From Bdellovibrionales bacterium (GTDB lineage Bacteria; Bdellovibrionota; Bdellovibrionia; Bdellovibrionales; UBA1609): a DNA stretch of 64,000 nucleotides. Both the position numbers and the translations under genes were made by a program. How positions within the stretch are numbered: position 1 is the stretch's first letter; every line of letters starts with the position of its first letter. The notes below the pieces were generated by a model that was not told the origin of the DNA, searched no databases, and worked only from the letters and a program-made list of their open reading frames with translations. Of the stretch, positions 29,895 to 39,276 are shown piece after piece. The stretch is taken from the NCBI GenBank assembly GCA_965203095.1, contig OZ241877.1, forward strand, positions 1,568,001 to 1,632,000, read 5' to 3'.

Positions 29895-30926
29895 ATGTAT
29901 AATTTTTTTTTAGGAAACAAGCAACTCAACTTTTCTGACATTCAGAAGGCAGAAAGTCGTATCTATCCTTTGGTTAAAAAGACAGGGCTTTGCCGTTCGG
30001 ATCATTTTAGCCAGAAATTGGGTAGAAATCTTTTTTTCAAATGGGAGACAGAGCAGAAGATCAAAAGCTTTAAAATTCGTGGGGCTTTAAATAAAATTCT
30101 CTCTCTAACAGAGGAGGAGAGGGATAGAGGCTTGATCACAGCCTCTGCTGGAAATCATGCTCAAGGGGTAGCCCTTTCTGCCCATCATCTCAAAATTAAG
30201 GCTCGTGTAGTGATGATGGAAAGGGCCTCTCAAGTGAAGGTGGAGGCGGTTAAAAATTGGAATGCGGAAGTGATTTTAAAGGGGAAAAACTATGATGAAA
30301 GCTACAAATACGCCCAATCCATTGCCGGAGATTCTGTTTTCATTCATCCTTTTGCCGATCCTTATATTATAGCGGGACAGGGCACTGTGGGAACTGAGAT
30401 TTTTAAAGATCTACCGGATATTCACTCTGTTGTGGTCTCTGTGGGTGGAGGGGGTTTGCTCTCTGGGCTGTCTTTAGCTATTAAAAATTTAAAGCCTTCT
30501 GTTAAAATTTATGGGGTGGTTTGGGAGGGAACACCGGATTTTTGCCAAAGGCTCAATCAGATAAAAAAGGGCCGACCCTGCCTTTGCCAGCCCTCCTTCC
30601 CTCTTCAGGATGGAAAAAGCGGTTTGACTGACGGCATTGCTGTTAAAAAAAGTTCAAGGGAAATAGGGAATTTAATCTCTCCCTTTGTGGAGGAAATGGT
30701 TTGTGTGAGTGAGGAGGAGATTTCAAGATCAGTTTTAGAACTGCTACAACAGGAGAAAAGGCTGGTGGAAGGCTCCGGTGTAGCGGGTTTAGCGGGCCTG
30801 TTAAAATGTAGCTCAAAATGGGATTTAGGCCAAAACTGTTGCGTTGTTATATCTGGTGCCAATATTGATCAAGAGGTTTTAGCTCAAATAAAGAGGCATT
30901 ATGGGCCGGATTTTGGGCAGAAATAA
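29895..30926 (+). CDS. Threonine/serine dehydratase (PLP-dependent, no ACT domain)
   Basis: SFKIRGA, ASAGNHAQGVA, IAGQGTVG, VGGGGLLSG, SGANID. Confidence 0.92.
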   Translation: MYNFFLGNKQLNFSDIQKAESRIYPLVKKTGLCRSDHFSQKLGRNLFFKWETEQKIKSFKIRGALNKILSLTEEERDRGLITASAGNHAQGVALSAHHLKIKARVVMMERASQVKVEAVKNWNAEVILKGKNYDESYKYAQSIAGDSVFIHPFADPYIIAGQGTVGTEIFKDLPDIHSVVVSVGGGGLLSGLSLAIKNLKPSVKIYGVVWEGTPDFCQRLNQIKKGRPCLCQPSFPLQDGKSGLTDGIAVKKSSREIGNLISPFVEEMVCVSEEEISRSVLELLQQEKRLVEGSGVAGLAGLLKCSSKWDLGQNCCVVISGANIDQEVLAQIKRHYGPDFGQK

Positions 30927-31035
30927 CAAAAAGACTGGGAGGCTTGCTATAAAAAAGCCTCTCTTAAAATACCCCTTTAAAATACCCCTGGGCCAACAAA
31001 TCAAGGCCAACAAACCAACAATTTTGTTTAAAAGA

Positions 31036-31112
31036 TGGAGCGGGAGACGGGGGTCGAACCCGCAACCCTCAGCTTGGAAGGCTGATGCTCTAGCCAATTG
31101 AACTACTCCCGC
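31036..31112 (-). tRNA. tRNA-Gly (anticodon TCC)
   Basis: Reverse complement GCGGGAG...CAGCCTTCCAAGCTG...GGTTCGACCCC...CTCCCGCTCCA cloverleaf with CCA. Confidence 0.96.
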
Positions 31113-31174
31113 TAAATTTCTATCATAAAGGATAGATCTGTCTTTTTCAAGTGGATTCCTATTCACATAATGGC

Positions 31175-32899
31175 TTAAATCCTTCTTTTATTTGAAGGGG
31201 ATAGGCTCTGTGATTTTTTGTTGTGGCTCCAAGGCCCTTTTCTCCTCCAGAAAAAAGTTTTTTGAAAAAGATCTAAAAACTCAAAAGCCATTTCCTCTTT
31301 AAATCCCCAACCGGAAAGGAGATAAAGCCCTCCCCCTCCCACTAAAAGGACCGGAAAAAGCATAAAGGGCCAAGGGGCTGGTAAAAATAAAGACAAAAAG
31401 CCTTCCAAAATAGGGAATAAAGCCAAACAAATCCCTAATAAAAATAGACCCGGCAGGCTTTTTAACAATGTGCTAACTATGGCTTTCCACTTTAAATCTC
31501 CTATCAGATGGAGTAAAAAGCCTGTTAAAAAAAAGAAATAAAGCATTGAAGACAAAGCTCCCGCCCCCACAAGGCCCTTTAAGCCATATAATGTGCTTAA
31601 AATTTGAGCAAAGATTGTGTGGGAACAGACAAGGCCCAAGGCACAAAAAGCCACAAACCAATTTTTATTTAAAGCAAAAAAGCCAGAGGACAATATGTGG
31701 GACAGGGAGGAAAATATTAAAACCACACTGTAAATTCTCAAAACATCAGAAGTGTTGGCAATGGCCTCTGTGTCAAACTTCCCTCTTCCAAAGATCAGTT
31801 GGACTAAAGGTTCTGCCGAAATAAAAAAAATCAGAGCACAGGGCAAAATCAAGAAAAGTGATAGCCTCAAATAAAAACTGATAGTGTTTTTAAAGTCTAC
31901 AATCTGGTTTTTAGCAAAGAGGCGAGCCAGCTCTGGGATAAGGGCTGTTCCAATACTGACAGCGATTAGAGCACGGGGAAATTCCAATAGGCGATCCCCA
32001 TAATAAATATAAGAGGGAGCACCCTCTTGCAAACGGCCAGCAAAATAGACATTGATAAGACTAATTAAAGACAGACCAGAGAGGGCTAAAAGCCCGGGCA
32101 AAAATCGCCTTCCCACATGAAGGACAGAGGGGTCATAACGGAAAGTCCACCGGGGGATCAAATTAAGCCTTTTCAGTTCATAAATGACGGGAAGCAGTTG
32201 TAGCAGGCCACCTAAGATTACTGCCCAGCCCAAAGATAATGCAGGGAAGGGCCACCAAGACTCTGGGGTCCAAGAAAAGGCAATAAGGCTTAAATTTAAA
32301 AAGGCAGGGGCTATTGCTGGTAGAAAAAACCTTCCAAAAACCTGAATTGTTGATGTGAAATAGGAATAGAGGCTCACAAAAAACAAATAAGAAAAAACCA
32401 AACGGCCAACAAGAATAGTTTTTTGTAGTTTTCCCTCAATTTGGTCGTAAGCCGAACCGGCAAAAAATAAATTCATAATGTCTTCCATAAAATACATTCC
32501 TAAAAGACTGAGAGTGCCGGACAGGCAAAAGATCAAGCTGAAAAGATAGGAGTTGAGATTTTTTGCCTTGTTTTTCCCTTCTGGTTTTTGTAAGAGTTCG
32601 GCTAAAGCCGGCGTCACACTGCTTGTAAAAGAGCCTTCCCCTATAAGTTTTCTAAAAAAATTAGGGAATCGGAAGGCAACAAAAAATATGTCTGTTTCTG
32701 TTTTTGAAAAAAAACCAGCAATGCAGAGATCTCTTAAAAAGCCTGAAATCCGACTGATAAGGATGCCTAAGGACATCCGGCCGGCCGGCTGGCTAACATT
32801 GTTGTTTTGTTTATTTTGATTTTTCAAAAAAACCTCAGTTGGACCCTCAGTCGGACGGGGAATTTCACAAAACTTTGCCCTTAAGCTTATTAAAAACAA
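31175..32899 (-). CDS. murJ: Lipid II flippase MurJ/MviN (start uncertain)
   Basis: SRISGFLRD, AFRFPNFFRKLIGEGS, YYGDRLLEFP, GRGKFD. Confidence 0.93.
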   Translation of the reverse strand: MFLISLRAKFCEIPRPTEGPTEVFLKNQNKQNNNVSQPAGRMSLGILISRISGFLRDLCIAGFFSKTETDIFFVAFRFPNFFRKLIGEGSFTSSVTPALAELLQKPEGKNKAKNLNSYLFSLIFCLSGTLSLLGMYFMEDIMNLFFAGSAYDQIEGKLQKTILVGRLVFSYLFFVSLYSYFTSTIQVFGRFFLPAIAPAFLNLSLIAFSWTPESWWPFPALSLGWAVILGGLLQLLPVIYELKRLNLIPRWTFRYDPSVLHVGRRFLPGLLALSGLSLISLINVYFAGRLQEGAPSYIYYGDRLLEFPRALIAVSIGTALIPELARLFAKNQIVDFKNTISFYLRLSLFLILPCALIFFISAEPLVQLIFGRGKFDTEAIANTSDVLRIYSVVLIFSSLSHILSSGFFALNKNWFVAFCALGLVCSHTIFAQILSTLYGLKGLVGAGALSSMLYFFFLTGFLLHLIGDLKWKAIVSTLLKSLPGLFLLGICLALFPILEGFLSLFLPAPWPFMLFPVLLVGGGGLYLLSGWGFKEEMAFEFLDLFQKTFFWRRKGPWSHNKKSQSLSPSNKRRI

Positions 32900-32932
32900 A
32901 AGTATAAAGCAGGTCGGTATTTTTGTCTAATC

Positions 32933-34132
32933 TCAAAGTTGGAAAAGGGATCTGATTTTTAACAATGAATCTAAAGCAGAACAAGGGGAAGGGCCCAGGG
33001 AGTTGATATGCCCCATTTTTCTGTTTTTCTGGTTCAAAACCTTCCCATACCAATAGAGATAGATATTTTTTTTAAGCTCAAAAGGAATGGAGAAGTTGGG
33101 CTGGAGGTAGTGTTTTTTCCCTTTGTGCCAGAAAAAGGGTCGAGCCTCTTGTTCCCCTAAGAGATTTAACATGGCAAAGCCTTTACTTATGATTTTAGGC
33201 TGGCTCAAAGGGTGCTCATTTATGGCTTTCAGATGGGCACTGAATTGATCTTCACTCAAACTGTCCAAGGAATAATGGCCAGTGTTATGGACCCGCGGGG
33301 CCAGTTCATTAACCATAAGCCTTTCTCCTATGTCAAAAAGCTCAAAAGCCATAAGCCCTTGGTATTTTATTTCGTTTAAAAAAATCTTAACTTGTTTTTT
33401 CAAAGAGGCCCATTTTTTGTGATGGGCTGGGCCTTTAATCCAAAGGCAGATGGATTTTTTTTGCCAGCTCTCCACTAAGGGGAAAAAAACCAGCTGAGTT
33501 TTTTTACTGCGGACAGCCAGAAAGGCCAATTCCCTTTTAAAGGGGACAAACTTTTCAGCAATAAAAGCACCAGAGGGAAGATGGCTTATTTGAGCTTTTT
33601 TTTTGATTATAAAAGTCCCTTTGCCGTCATAAGCCCCCATTCGCTTTTTTAAAACAAAAGGCCCCCACTGGCCCCATAAATCAGTGAGTTTTTTTTGGCT
33701 CAGGGGGGTGAGATCCACTTTAATAAAATCTGCTGTGGGGATCTTATATTTTTTGAGAAGTTTTTTTTGTGTCCACCGATCTTGAATAAGGGACAAAACT
33801 TTTAAAGAGGGAGCAAATAAGGGCTTTTGACTTCTTATATTTTTTAAAGCTTTTTTCATGTTAGCAGTGGGAAAAAACTCACTTTCAAAAGTGACAACAT
33901 CTACAAGTGAAAAAAATTTTTGGAGGTCTTTGATTTTTAAAGGATCTCCTGGAATCCAAAAAGGATAGCCCTGAGCCGCCGGATCTTTTTTTGACGGGGA
34001 AAGGACAAAAGCCTTAACCCCCATATCTTTTGCTTTTAAACTGAGGAGCTGGGCCAACTGCCCTCCGCCTAAAATGCCAATAGTCGGATCTTTTTTGAAA
34101 GCATGATTTTTTAAATCATCTTGTTTTTGCAT
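32933..34132 (-). CDS. purK: N5-carboxyaminoimidazole ribonucleotide synthase
   Basis: GILGGGQLA, YDGKG, NELAPRVHNTGH, RKMGH. Confidence 0.93.
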   Translation of the reverse strand: MQKQDDLKNHAFKKDPTIGILGGGQLAQLLSLKAKDMGVKAFVLSPSKKDPAAQGYPFWIPGDPLKIKDLQKFFSLVDVVTFESEFFPTANMKKALKNIRSQKPLFAPSLKVLSLIQDRWTQKKLLKKYKIPTADFIKVDLTPLSQKKLTDLWGQWGPFVLKKRMGAYDGKGTFIIKKKAQISHLPSGAFIAEKFVPFKRELAFLAVRSKKTQLVFFPLVESWQKKSICLWIKGPAHHKKWASLKKQVKIFLNEIKYQGLMAFELFDIGERLMVNELAPRVHNTGHYSLDSLSEDQFSAHLKAINEHPLSQPKIISKGFAMLNLLGEQEARPFFWHKGKKHYLQPNFSIPFELKKNIYLYWYGKVLNQKNRKMGHINSLGPSPCSALDSLLKIRSLFQL

Positions 34133-34188
34133 TTCTGTTTAAGCCCCTTATTATTATTCAAGAAGGATTTTGAGATAATAGCTGGCCA

Positions 34189-34482
34189 TTAGATGGAAGA
34201 ATCTTCGTTTTCTGCTTGCAGGAGAGCGTCTAACTGCTTTTTTTTATCTAACTCCATCATGTCAGAACAACCCCCGATAAACTGCCCGTTAATGAAAATT
34301 TGTGGCACAGTCCTCATTCCAGTTTTGTCCATCAATGACTTTAACTCCTCCAGCTTGTCATCCATTAAAAACTCTTGAAAGGCCATTCCCTTTTGTTTGA
34401 GAAGTTGTTTGGCCAAATCACAGGCCGGACAATAGGTTTTAGTGTAAATTTTGACAATAGCCATTTCTTTGTATCCACTCAC
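34189..34482 (-). CDS. grxC: Glutaredoxin 3-like
   Basis: CPAC active site, TVPQIFI, IGGC. Confidence 0.9.
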   Translation of the reverse strand: MSGYKEMAIVKIYTKTYCPACDLAKQLLKQKGMAFQEFLMDDKLEELKSLMDKTGMRTVPQIFINGQFIGGCSDMMELDKKKQLDALLQAENEDSSI

Positions 34483-34612
34483 TCTTTATGAGGCTTGGTT
34501 GAAACTTCTATCATATCCATAACCATTCCTTAAGCTTTATTATTGGCCATTGGCAGGAAAAAATCAAGTTTTTTAAAAAAGCCTTTAAAATAAAGGGTTT
34601 TTATGAAAATAA

Positions 34613-34676
34613 AGGTTCATGACACTTTAAGCTATGTTTGATATTAGCTAAAGTGTTGAAATGAATAGAAAAAACA
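34613..34676. repeat. 64-bp module, exact reverse complement of 37991-38054
   Basis: AGGTTCATGACACTTTAAGCTATGTTTGATATTAGCTAAAGTGTTGAAATGAATAGAAAAAACA. Confidence 0.9.
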
Positions 34677-34762
34677 GTTTATTATGAGACCTTAAAGATT
34701 TTTTAAGTTTTTTTAAGTTTGCTTTCTGTCTTGCTTTATGAAATTTTAGAGGAGCTTAAGTT

Positions 34763-34822
34763 AACTGAATTTTCTGGTCAAAGCTGAGCAGAAAAGACAG
34801 GAATTTTCAAACAAAATCAGTA
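34763..34822. repeat. Family-2 element abutting the RBS of the next gene
   Basis: TGAATTTTCTGGTCAAA...CAGGAATTTTCAAACAAAATCAGTA, similar to 18676-18744. Confidence 0.6.
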
Positions 34823-34833
34823 AAGGAGGTTTT

Positions 34834-35493
34834 ATGAAAATTCTATTTTTATTATCCTTGTTTTTAAATGGAAGTCCATCTGTCGCGTCTGGCAATAATG
34901 TTGAAGAGTTGGCTTCTCCCAGTATTTTTTTGAATGCAGAATTGTCGTCTCCATATATCTTGCAGGCAGGAACGAACCAAACTATTCCCTCATTGATAGT
35001 CCAAGTTTTTGGAGAAGGCCCTTGTGCTATTACTTTAGATAGAGAGACTTTAGCTCGTTCAGCTATTGATCCAAAAGAATTGAAATCAGCTTTATTTTCA
35101 AGATCTCAAACTGAACATTTGGAAATTCCAGCAAATTCAAATTTTTCAGAATTTAAAATTTGCTCAAAAGAAACCACAAGCAAAACACTATCCTTTTTAA
35201 CTTCAGTTCAGCAACCTGTTGAAATATCAGCTCTTCCTTCTTTAGCTATTTTTGGGATATCATATTATGCTTTTTGTTCTGCTTTGGGTTTTGGTATCGA
35301 TAAGGCAAAGATTATTCAAAAAGATTGTGGAGCTGTTGCTTCTTATGAGTGTGAAGAAGTTTCTGGATCAGAAGTTGTAGCTGTTGTAGGCTTGATAGCC
35401 TGTGCCCCGGTAAGTGGTATAAATAAAATGCTTCGCTGGGTTATTTTGGGCGATAGAGAGGGTTGGAGCCCTTATTACCTACGAGGGGAATGA
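34834..35493 (+). CDS. Hypothetical secreted/membrane protein
   Basis: AAGGAGG RBS, signal-like N-terminus, hydrophobic Cys-containing C-terminal half. Confidence 0.65.
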   Translation: MKILFLLSLFLNGSPSVASGNNVEELASPSIFLNAELSSPYILQAGTNQTIPSLIVQVFGEGPCAITLDRETLARSAIDPKELKSALFSRSQTEHLEIPANSNFSEFKICSKETTSKTLSFLTSVQQPVEISALPSLAIFGISYYAFCSALGFGIDKAKIIQKDCGAVASYECEEVSGSEVVAVVGLIACAPVSGINKMLRWVILGDREGWSPYYLRGE

Positions 35494-35583
35494 GCTTGCT
35501 GAGCCTGAACCTTAAGTTTTTAAGATACTGTGTGGTGAAGGATATAGACAGAGATAATTCACCTATTCCTAAAATAATAAATT

Positions 35584-37494
35584 TTATTTGAGATAGGTGG
35601 ATCGAGAAAGGTTTTCTTCAAACTTTTCCATCAATAATCCCGCTGTTTGGCGGGAAAGTCGCCCTTGGTTAACACTATTTTCAGTTTGATCATGCATTTT
35701 ATCCATAATTTGTCTTTTGTGGAACTCCACATATTCCAAAACCTCTGATATGGAATCCGCCTCCACCCTGTGCTCCACAACATATTGCCCCTCCCCTTTG
35801 ATCCGAATATGAACAGCATTTGTATCTCCAAAAAGATTGTGCAGATCTCCTAATATTTCTTGATAGGCCCCTGTCAAAAAGATCCCTAAAAGATAAAGCT
35901 CTCCTGTTTTAAATTCATGAACAGGTAAAAAAGGTTGAACCTCCCAAGTGGAATAATCAATAATTTTTGAAATTTGCCCGTCTGAGTCGCAAGTGAGATC
36001 CACTAAACGGGCTTGCCGATCGGGTTTTTCATCTAAACGGTGAATGGGCAAAACAGGAAAAGTGTAAGACAAAGCCCAAGAATCCGGCAAACTCTGGAAG
36101 ACAGAAAAGTTGCAAAAATAAGTGTCCACAAGCTGGTTTTTTAAAGTAATAAAAATATCTTCATAATCCAGTTGATTTTCAGTTAAGTCTTTTAATTTTT
36201 TAATGGACTTCCAATAAATATTTTCTGCCTCGGCCCTATCCTTAAGAGAGAGCCGGCCATAGAGAAAGATTTGAGTCATTTCCTTTTTCTTCTCTATCAG
36301 ATCGTTAAAAGACTCGTTGTAAGAGATTTTAGGAATGTTTTGATAAATATCATAAAGATCTTTTAAAAAAGTAGGGCTGTTTTCCTGAACAAGGATATTT
36401 TTATTCGTCACGACAGAGTTTTTATCCAAAACATTAAAAACCAAGAGAGAGCTTTGGGCCACTAAAAACCGGCCGGACTCTGAGATGATATGCGGATGGG
36501 GGATTTTTTTAGAGATAGATTGAAGGGCAAAAACAATATCGTTGGCATATTCTTGAATATCATAGTTTGTGGAGCTTTTAGTTGTCCCGGAGCCGTCATA
36601 ATCCACAGCCAGCCCCCCCCCTACATCTACATATTTGATAGGGCAGTCCATAAGATACAGTTCAGACACAATGCGAGCACATTCCTTAATAGCAGATTTA
36701 ATAGGGTGAATAGAGGGGATTTGAGATCCAATATGAAAATGAGCCAACTGGACACAGTCTAAAAAACCCTCTTTTTTTATTCGCTCTACTGTGCTCACCA
36801 ACTGTTGTGCGTTCAAGCCAAACTTGGAATCCCCTCCAGAGCTTTTCCCCCAAAAGCCTTCAGACTGAGTATGAAGTTTCAAGCGGAAGCCTATGCGGGG
36901 TTTGACCTGCAACTTCCGGGACATTTCCAAAATAAGATCCCATTCTTTTTCCCGCTCTATCACAATAAAAATATTTCTCCCTGTTTTTTGAGAGAGAAGG
37001 GCCATCTCTATATAAGATCTGTCTTTAAAACCATTGCATATAATCAAGCCTTCCGGGTTGTTCATAAAGGCCAAAGCGATCAACAGCTCCGGCTTGCTTC
37101 CGGCCTCCAGGCCAAAGTTGTAGTCTTTCCCCGTTTGAACAATATCTTCTATAATATGTTTTTGCTGATTCACTTTAATAGGGAAAACCCCATAATAGCG
37201 ACCCCGGTAGCCTTGCTCTTTAATGGCTTTGTTAAAGCAGGAGCAAATTTTATTCATTTGAGAGTGAATAATATCAGGGAATCTCAACAAAAGGGGAAAG
37301 GGGATGGATCGCTCTTTAAAAGAGCTGAGCATTTCAAAAAGATCTAAGGATGGCCCTGTCTGGCCTTTAGGTTGAACCTGAACATGGCCTTTGCTGTTAA
37401 TGCTGAAGTAGCCGTTCCCCCAAAAATCTATTCCATAAAGAGCGGAACTTTGAGCCGGCCCCCATGGTTTTTTGTTCATTGGATTTTTATTCAT
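35584..37494 (-). CDS. speA: Biosynthetic arginine decarboxylase
   Basis: FPIKVNQ, GLEAGSKPEL, HFHIGSQI, DVGGGL, DLTCDSDG, GAYQEILG. Confidence 0.96.
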   Translation of the reverse strand: MNKNPMNKKPWGPAQSSALYGIDFWGNGYFSINSKGHVQVQPKGQTGPSLDLFEMLSSFKERSIPFPLLLRFPDIIHSQMNKICSCFNKAIKEQGYRGRYYGVFPIKVNQQKHIIEDIVQTGKDYNFGLEAGSKPELLIALAFMNNPEGLIICNGFKDRSYIEMALLSQKTGRNIFIVIEREKEWDLILEMSRKLQVKPRIGFRLKLHTQSEGFWGKSSGGDSKFGLNAQQLVSTVERIKKEGFLDCVQLAHFHIGSQIPSIHPIKSAIKECARIVSELYLMDCPIKYVDVGGGLAVDYDGSGTTKSSTNYDIQEYANDIVFALQSISKKIPHPHIISESGRFLVAQSSLLVFNVLDKNSVVTNKNILVQENSPTFLKDLYDIYQNIPKISYNESFNDLIEKKKEMTQIFLYGRLSLKDRAEAENIYWKSIKKLKDLTENQLDYEDIFITLKNQLVDTYFCNFSVFQSLPDSWALSYTFPVLPIHRLDEKPDRQARLVDLTCDSDGQISKIIDYSTWEVQPFLPVHEFKTGELYLLGIFLTGAYQEILGDLHNLFGDTNAVHIRIKGEGQYVVEHRVEADSISEVLEYVEFHKRQIMDKMHDQTENSVNQGRLSRQTAGLLMEKFEENLSRSTYLK

Positions 37495-37523
37495 CTTCTG
37501 CCCCTCCTTAAAGTTTTTTTGTT

Positions 37524-37613
37524 TGGCGGAGAGAGAGGGATTCGAACCCCCGAGACGGTGACCCGCCTACACGCTTTCCAAGCGTGCGCCTTCAGCCACT
37601 CGGCCATCTCTCC
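37524..37613 (-). tRNA. tRNA-Ser (anticodon GGA)
   Basis: Reverse complement GGAGAGATGGCCGAGTGG...CACGCTTGGAAAGCGTG, long variable arm, GGTTCGAATCCC, 3' CCA. Confidence 0.96.
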
Positions 37614-37706
37614 GTTTTTAGTCAAAAATAACATTCTGCCTTTAAAGAGTTTTTTTAAATATTTTCGTGATTTTTAAAAAAGCCCCCCATAATCTCACTA
37701 TACTGA

Positions 37707-37965
37707 GTTGCCCCTGGAAAAGTCTACATTTAATAGATCGCATAAGCAAAAATTCACTGGACTTTTCAGTTCTCACCTTGAGCAGGAATCCAGTTAGATA
37801 AAGCAAAGGTTATTCTTAGTTTCTTTGCCTAAAGGTCCGTCCCATTTCGGGACGGGGAATACCTTGGACCCTTATGGGACGGCCTTTAGGCAAAAGTCAT
37901 TGAAAAGTCTGCCCCTATAAAAACAGGGAATGAGAAGGGCTAACTGAGGCTTTTTCACGGGGGAC
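37707..37965. mobile_element. Composite 259-bp MITE-like element
   Basis: GTTGCCCCTGGAAAA...TTTTTCACGGGGGAC; hairpin 37824-37894; followed by TAAATA and a second element. Confidence 0.85.
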
Positions 37966-37971
37966 TAAATA

Positions 37972-38125
37972 GTTATCCGTGAAAAACCTTTGTTTTTTCT
38001 ATTCATTTCAACACTTTAGCTAATATCAAACATAGCTTAAAGTGTCATGAACCTAACTTTTTTTGTCCAAAGGACCATTCCATTTCGGTATAACAATACC
38101 TTGGATCCTCACCGAGGGCTTTGGT
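37972..38125. mobile_element. Adjacent MITE-like element with nested 64-bp module; right end not recognisable
   Basis: GTTATCCGTGAAAAACCTTTG..., insert 37991-38054, core CATTTCGGTATAACAATACCTTGGATCCTC. Confidence 0.8.
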
Positions 38126-38314
38126 TCTATGCTGAATTTTAAAAAACTGTCTCATTAAAGACGGGACTAAAAGCTTAAAACACACTTAAAGTTGAGTTTT
38201 AGGCAAGTTTTGGGCAAAAAAACAAAAAAATATAGACAAAAAGAAGAAAAACTGATTGAATTGCTTTGAACTTTCAAACCATACAGATTATGTTTTTTAT
38301 TAAAATTTTTTTCA

Positions 38315-38335
38315 CCCCCCCCCCCCCCCCCCCCC
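38315..38335. repeat. C21 homopolymer 27 bp upstream of the protease gene
   Basis: 21 consecutive C. Confidence 0.9.
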
Positions 38336-38362
38336 ATAAGTCTGGGTAAACAATCTTATAAA

Positions 38363-39241
38363 TTGAAAAATCCATTTTTTAGAGTTTTTTTCATCTTGTT
38401 GGTTTTTTTTGTTTTTTCTTTAAATAAATCTTTGGCTTTAACGGAAGAGCTGGTAGAACCTCCAGATTTTGGTGAAAAAGGTCCTCCAGCTAAAGGAATC
38501 ATTTTGGCCTTTAAACATTGGCCCCTCAGTAAAGAGGAATCCAAAGCCATTTTAAAAAAAGCCAATGCCTTAGAGTTAAGCAAAATTAACGAATACTCTA
38601 TTTTTAAATCTTATGTTTTTGAATGGGCGGAGTGGAAAAATGCGGAACAGGCCATCAGGGCTTGTGAGGGCTTTGCTGACTTTTCTAACATTTTAGATTA
38701 TTGCGAACCGGACTTTTTGCTCTCTCCCGCTACAGGTTTGTTGAGGAAAAAAGCCAAAAAAAATCTGCATAAAGAAAGAGAAAGAAGAGGCTTTGGCCCT
38801 GATACGGAACCGACTCCCGGAGTCAAATTGGCTCCTCCGCCGGTCTCCTCAGGTTCTGGCAATATTGTTTCTTGCAATATTGTCCCCACTCAACTGAAGT
38901 TGAAGGGAGGAGCACTTTCCGATTACTGGGCACAGGAGATGGTGGGGGCCGACCTCATGAAGGAAAGGCTGAAAAAAGCCCCTTCAATGAAGAAACATTT
39001 GGTGGCTGTTTTTGACAGCCCTTATAGCTACCGGCATGACATTGCCACCAAAAATATTATTTCCGGAAAAGGGAGACAGGCCACATTGCCAGATATAGGC
39101 AAAAGCATGACGGTTTTTGATTCTTCTCTTCCCTCTTATAATATGGATAACAGCCATTATTTAAATAGAGTCGCCAATGAAAAATGTGCTGATAAAAAAA
39201 AGCAAAAAGAGAAAACATCATTCTCTTCCACAAATTCTTAG
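38363..39241 (+). CDS. S8 subtilase N-terminal subunit: signal peptide, prodomain, catalytic Asp and His
   Basis: Signal ending SLA; YCEPD prodomain end; [27 protein letters not shown]. Confidence 0.7.
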   Translation: MKNPFFRVFFILLVFFVFSLNKSLALTEELVEPPDFGEKGPPAKGIILAFKHWPLSKEESKAILKKANALELSKINEYSIFKSYVFEWAEWKNAEQAIRACEGFADFSNILDYCEPDFLLSPATGLLRKKAKKNLHKERERRGFGPDTEPTPGVKLAPPPVSSGSGNIVSCNIVPTQLKLKGGALSDYWAQEMVGADLMKERLKKAPSMKKHLVAVFDSPYSYRHDIATKNIISGKGRQATLPDIGKSMTVFDSSLPSYNMDNSHYLNRVANEKCADKKKQKEKTSFSSTNS

Positions 39242-39276
39242 ATGAGGGAGATAATTTTATTTGAATAGGGTTTTTT

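Noticed and set aside
30879..31166. ORFs overlapping tRNA-Gly (and 37372-37677 over tRNA-Ser)
   Set aside because: Shadow ORFs of tRNA genes.
31036..37613. Genomic island integrated at a tRNA
   Set aside because: No integrase and no duplicated tRNA 3' end seen; flanking genes are housekeeping.
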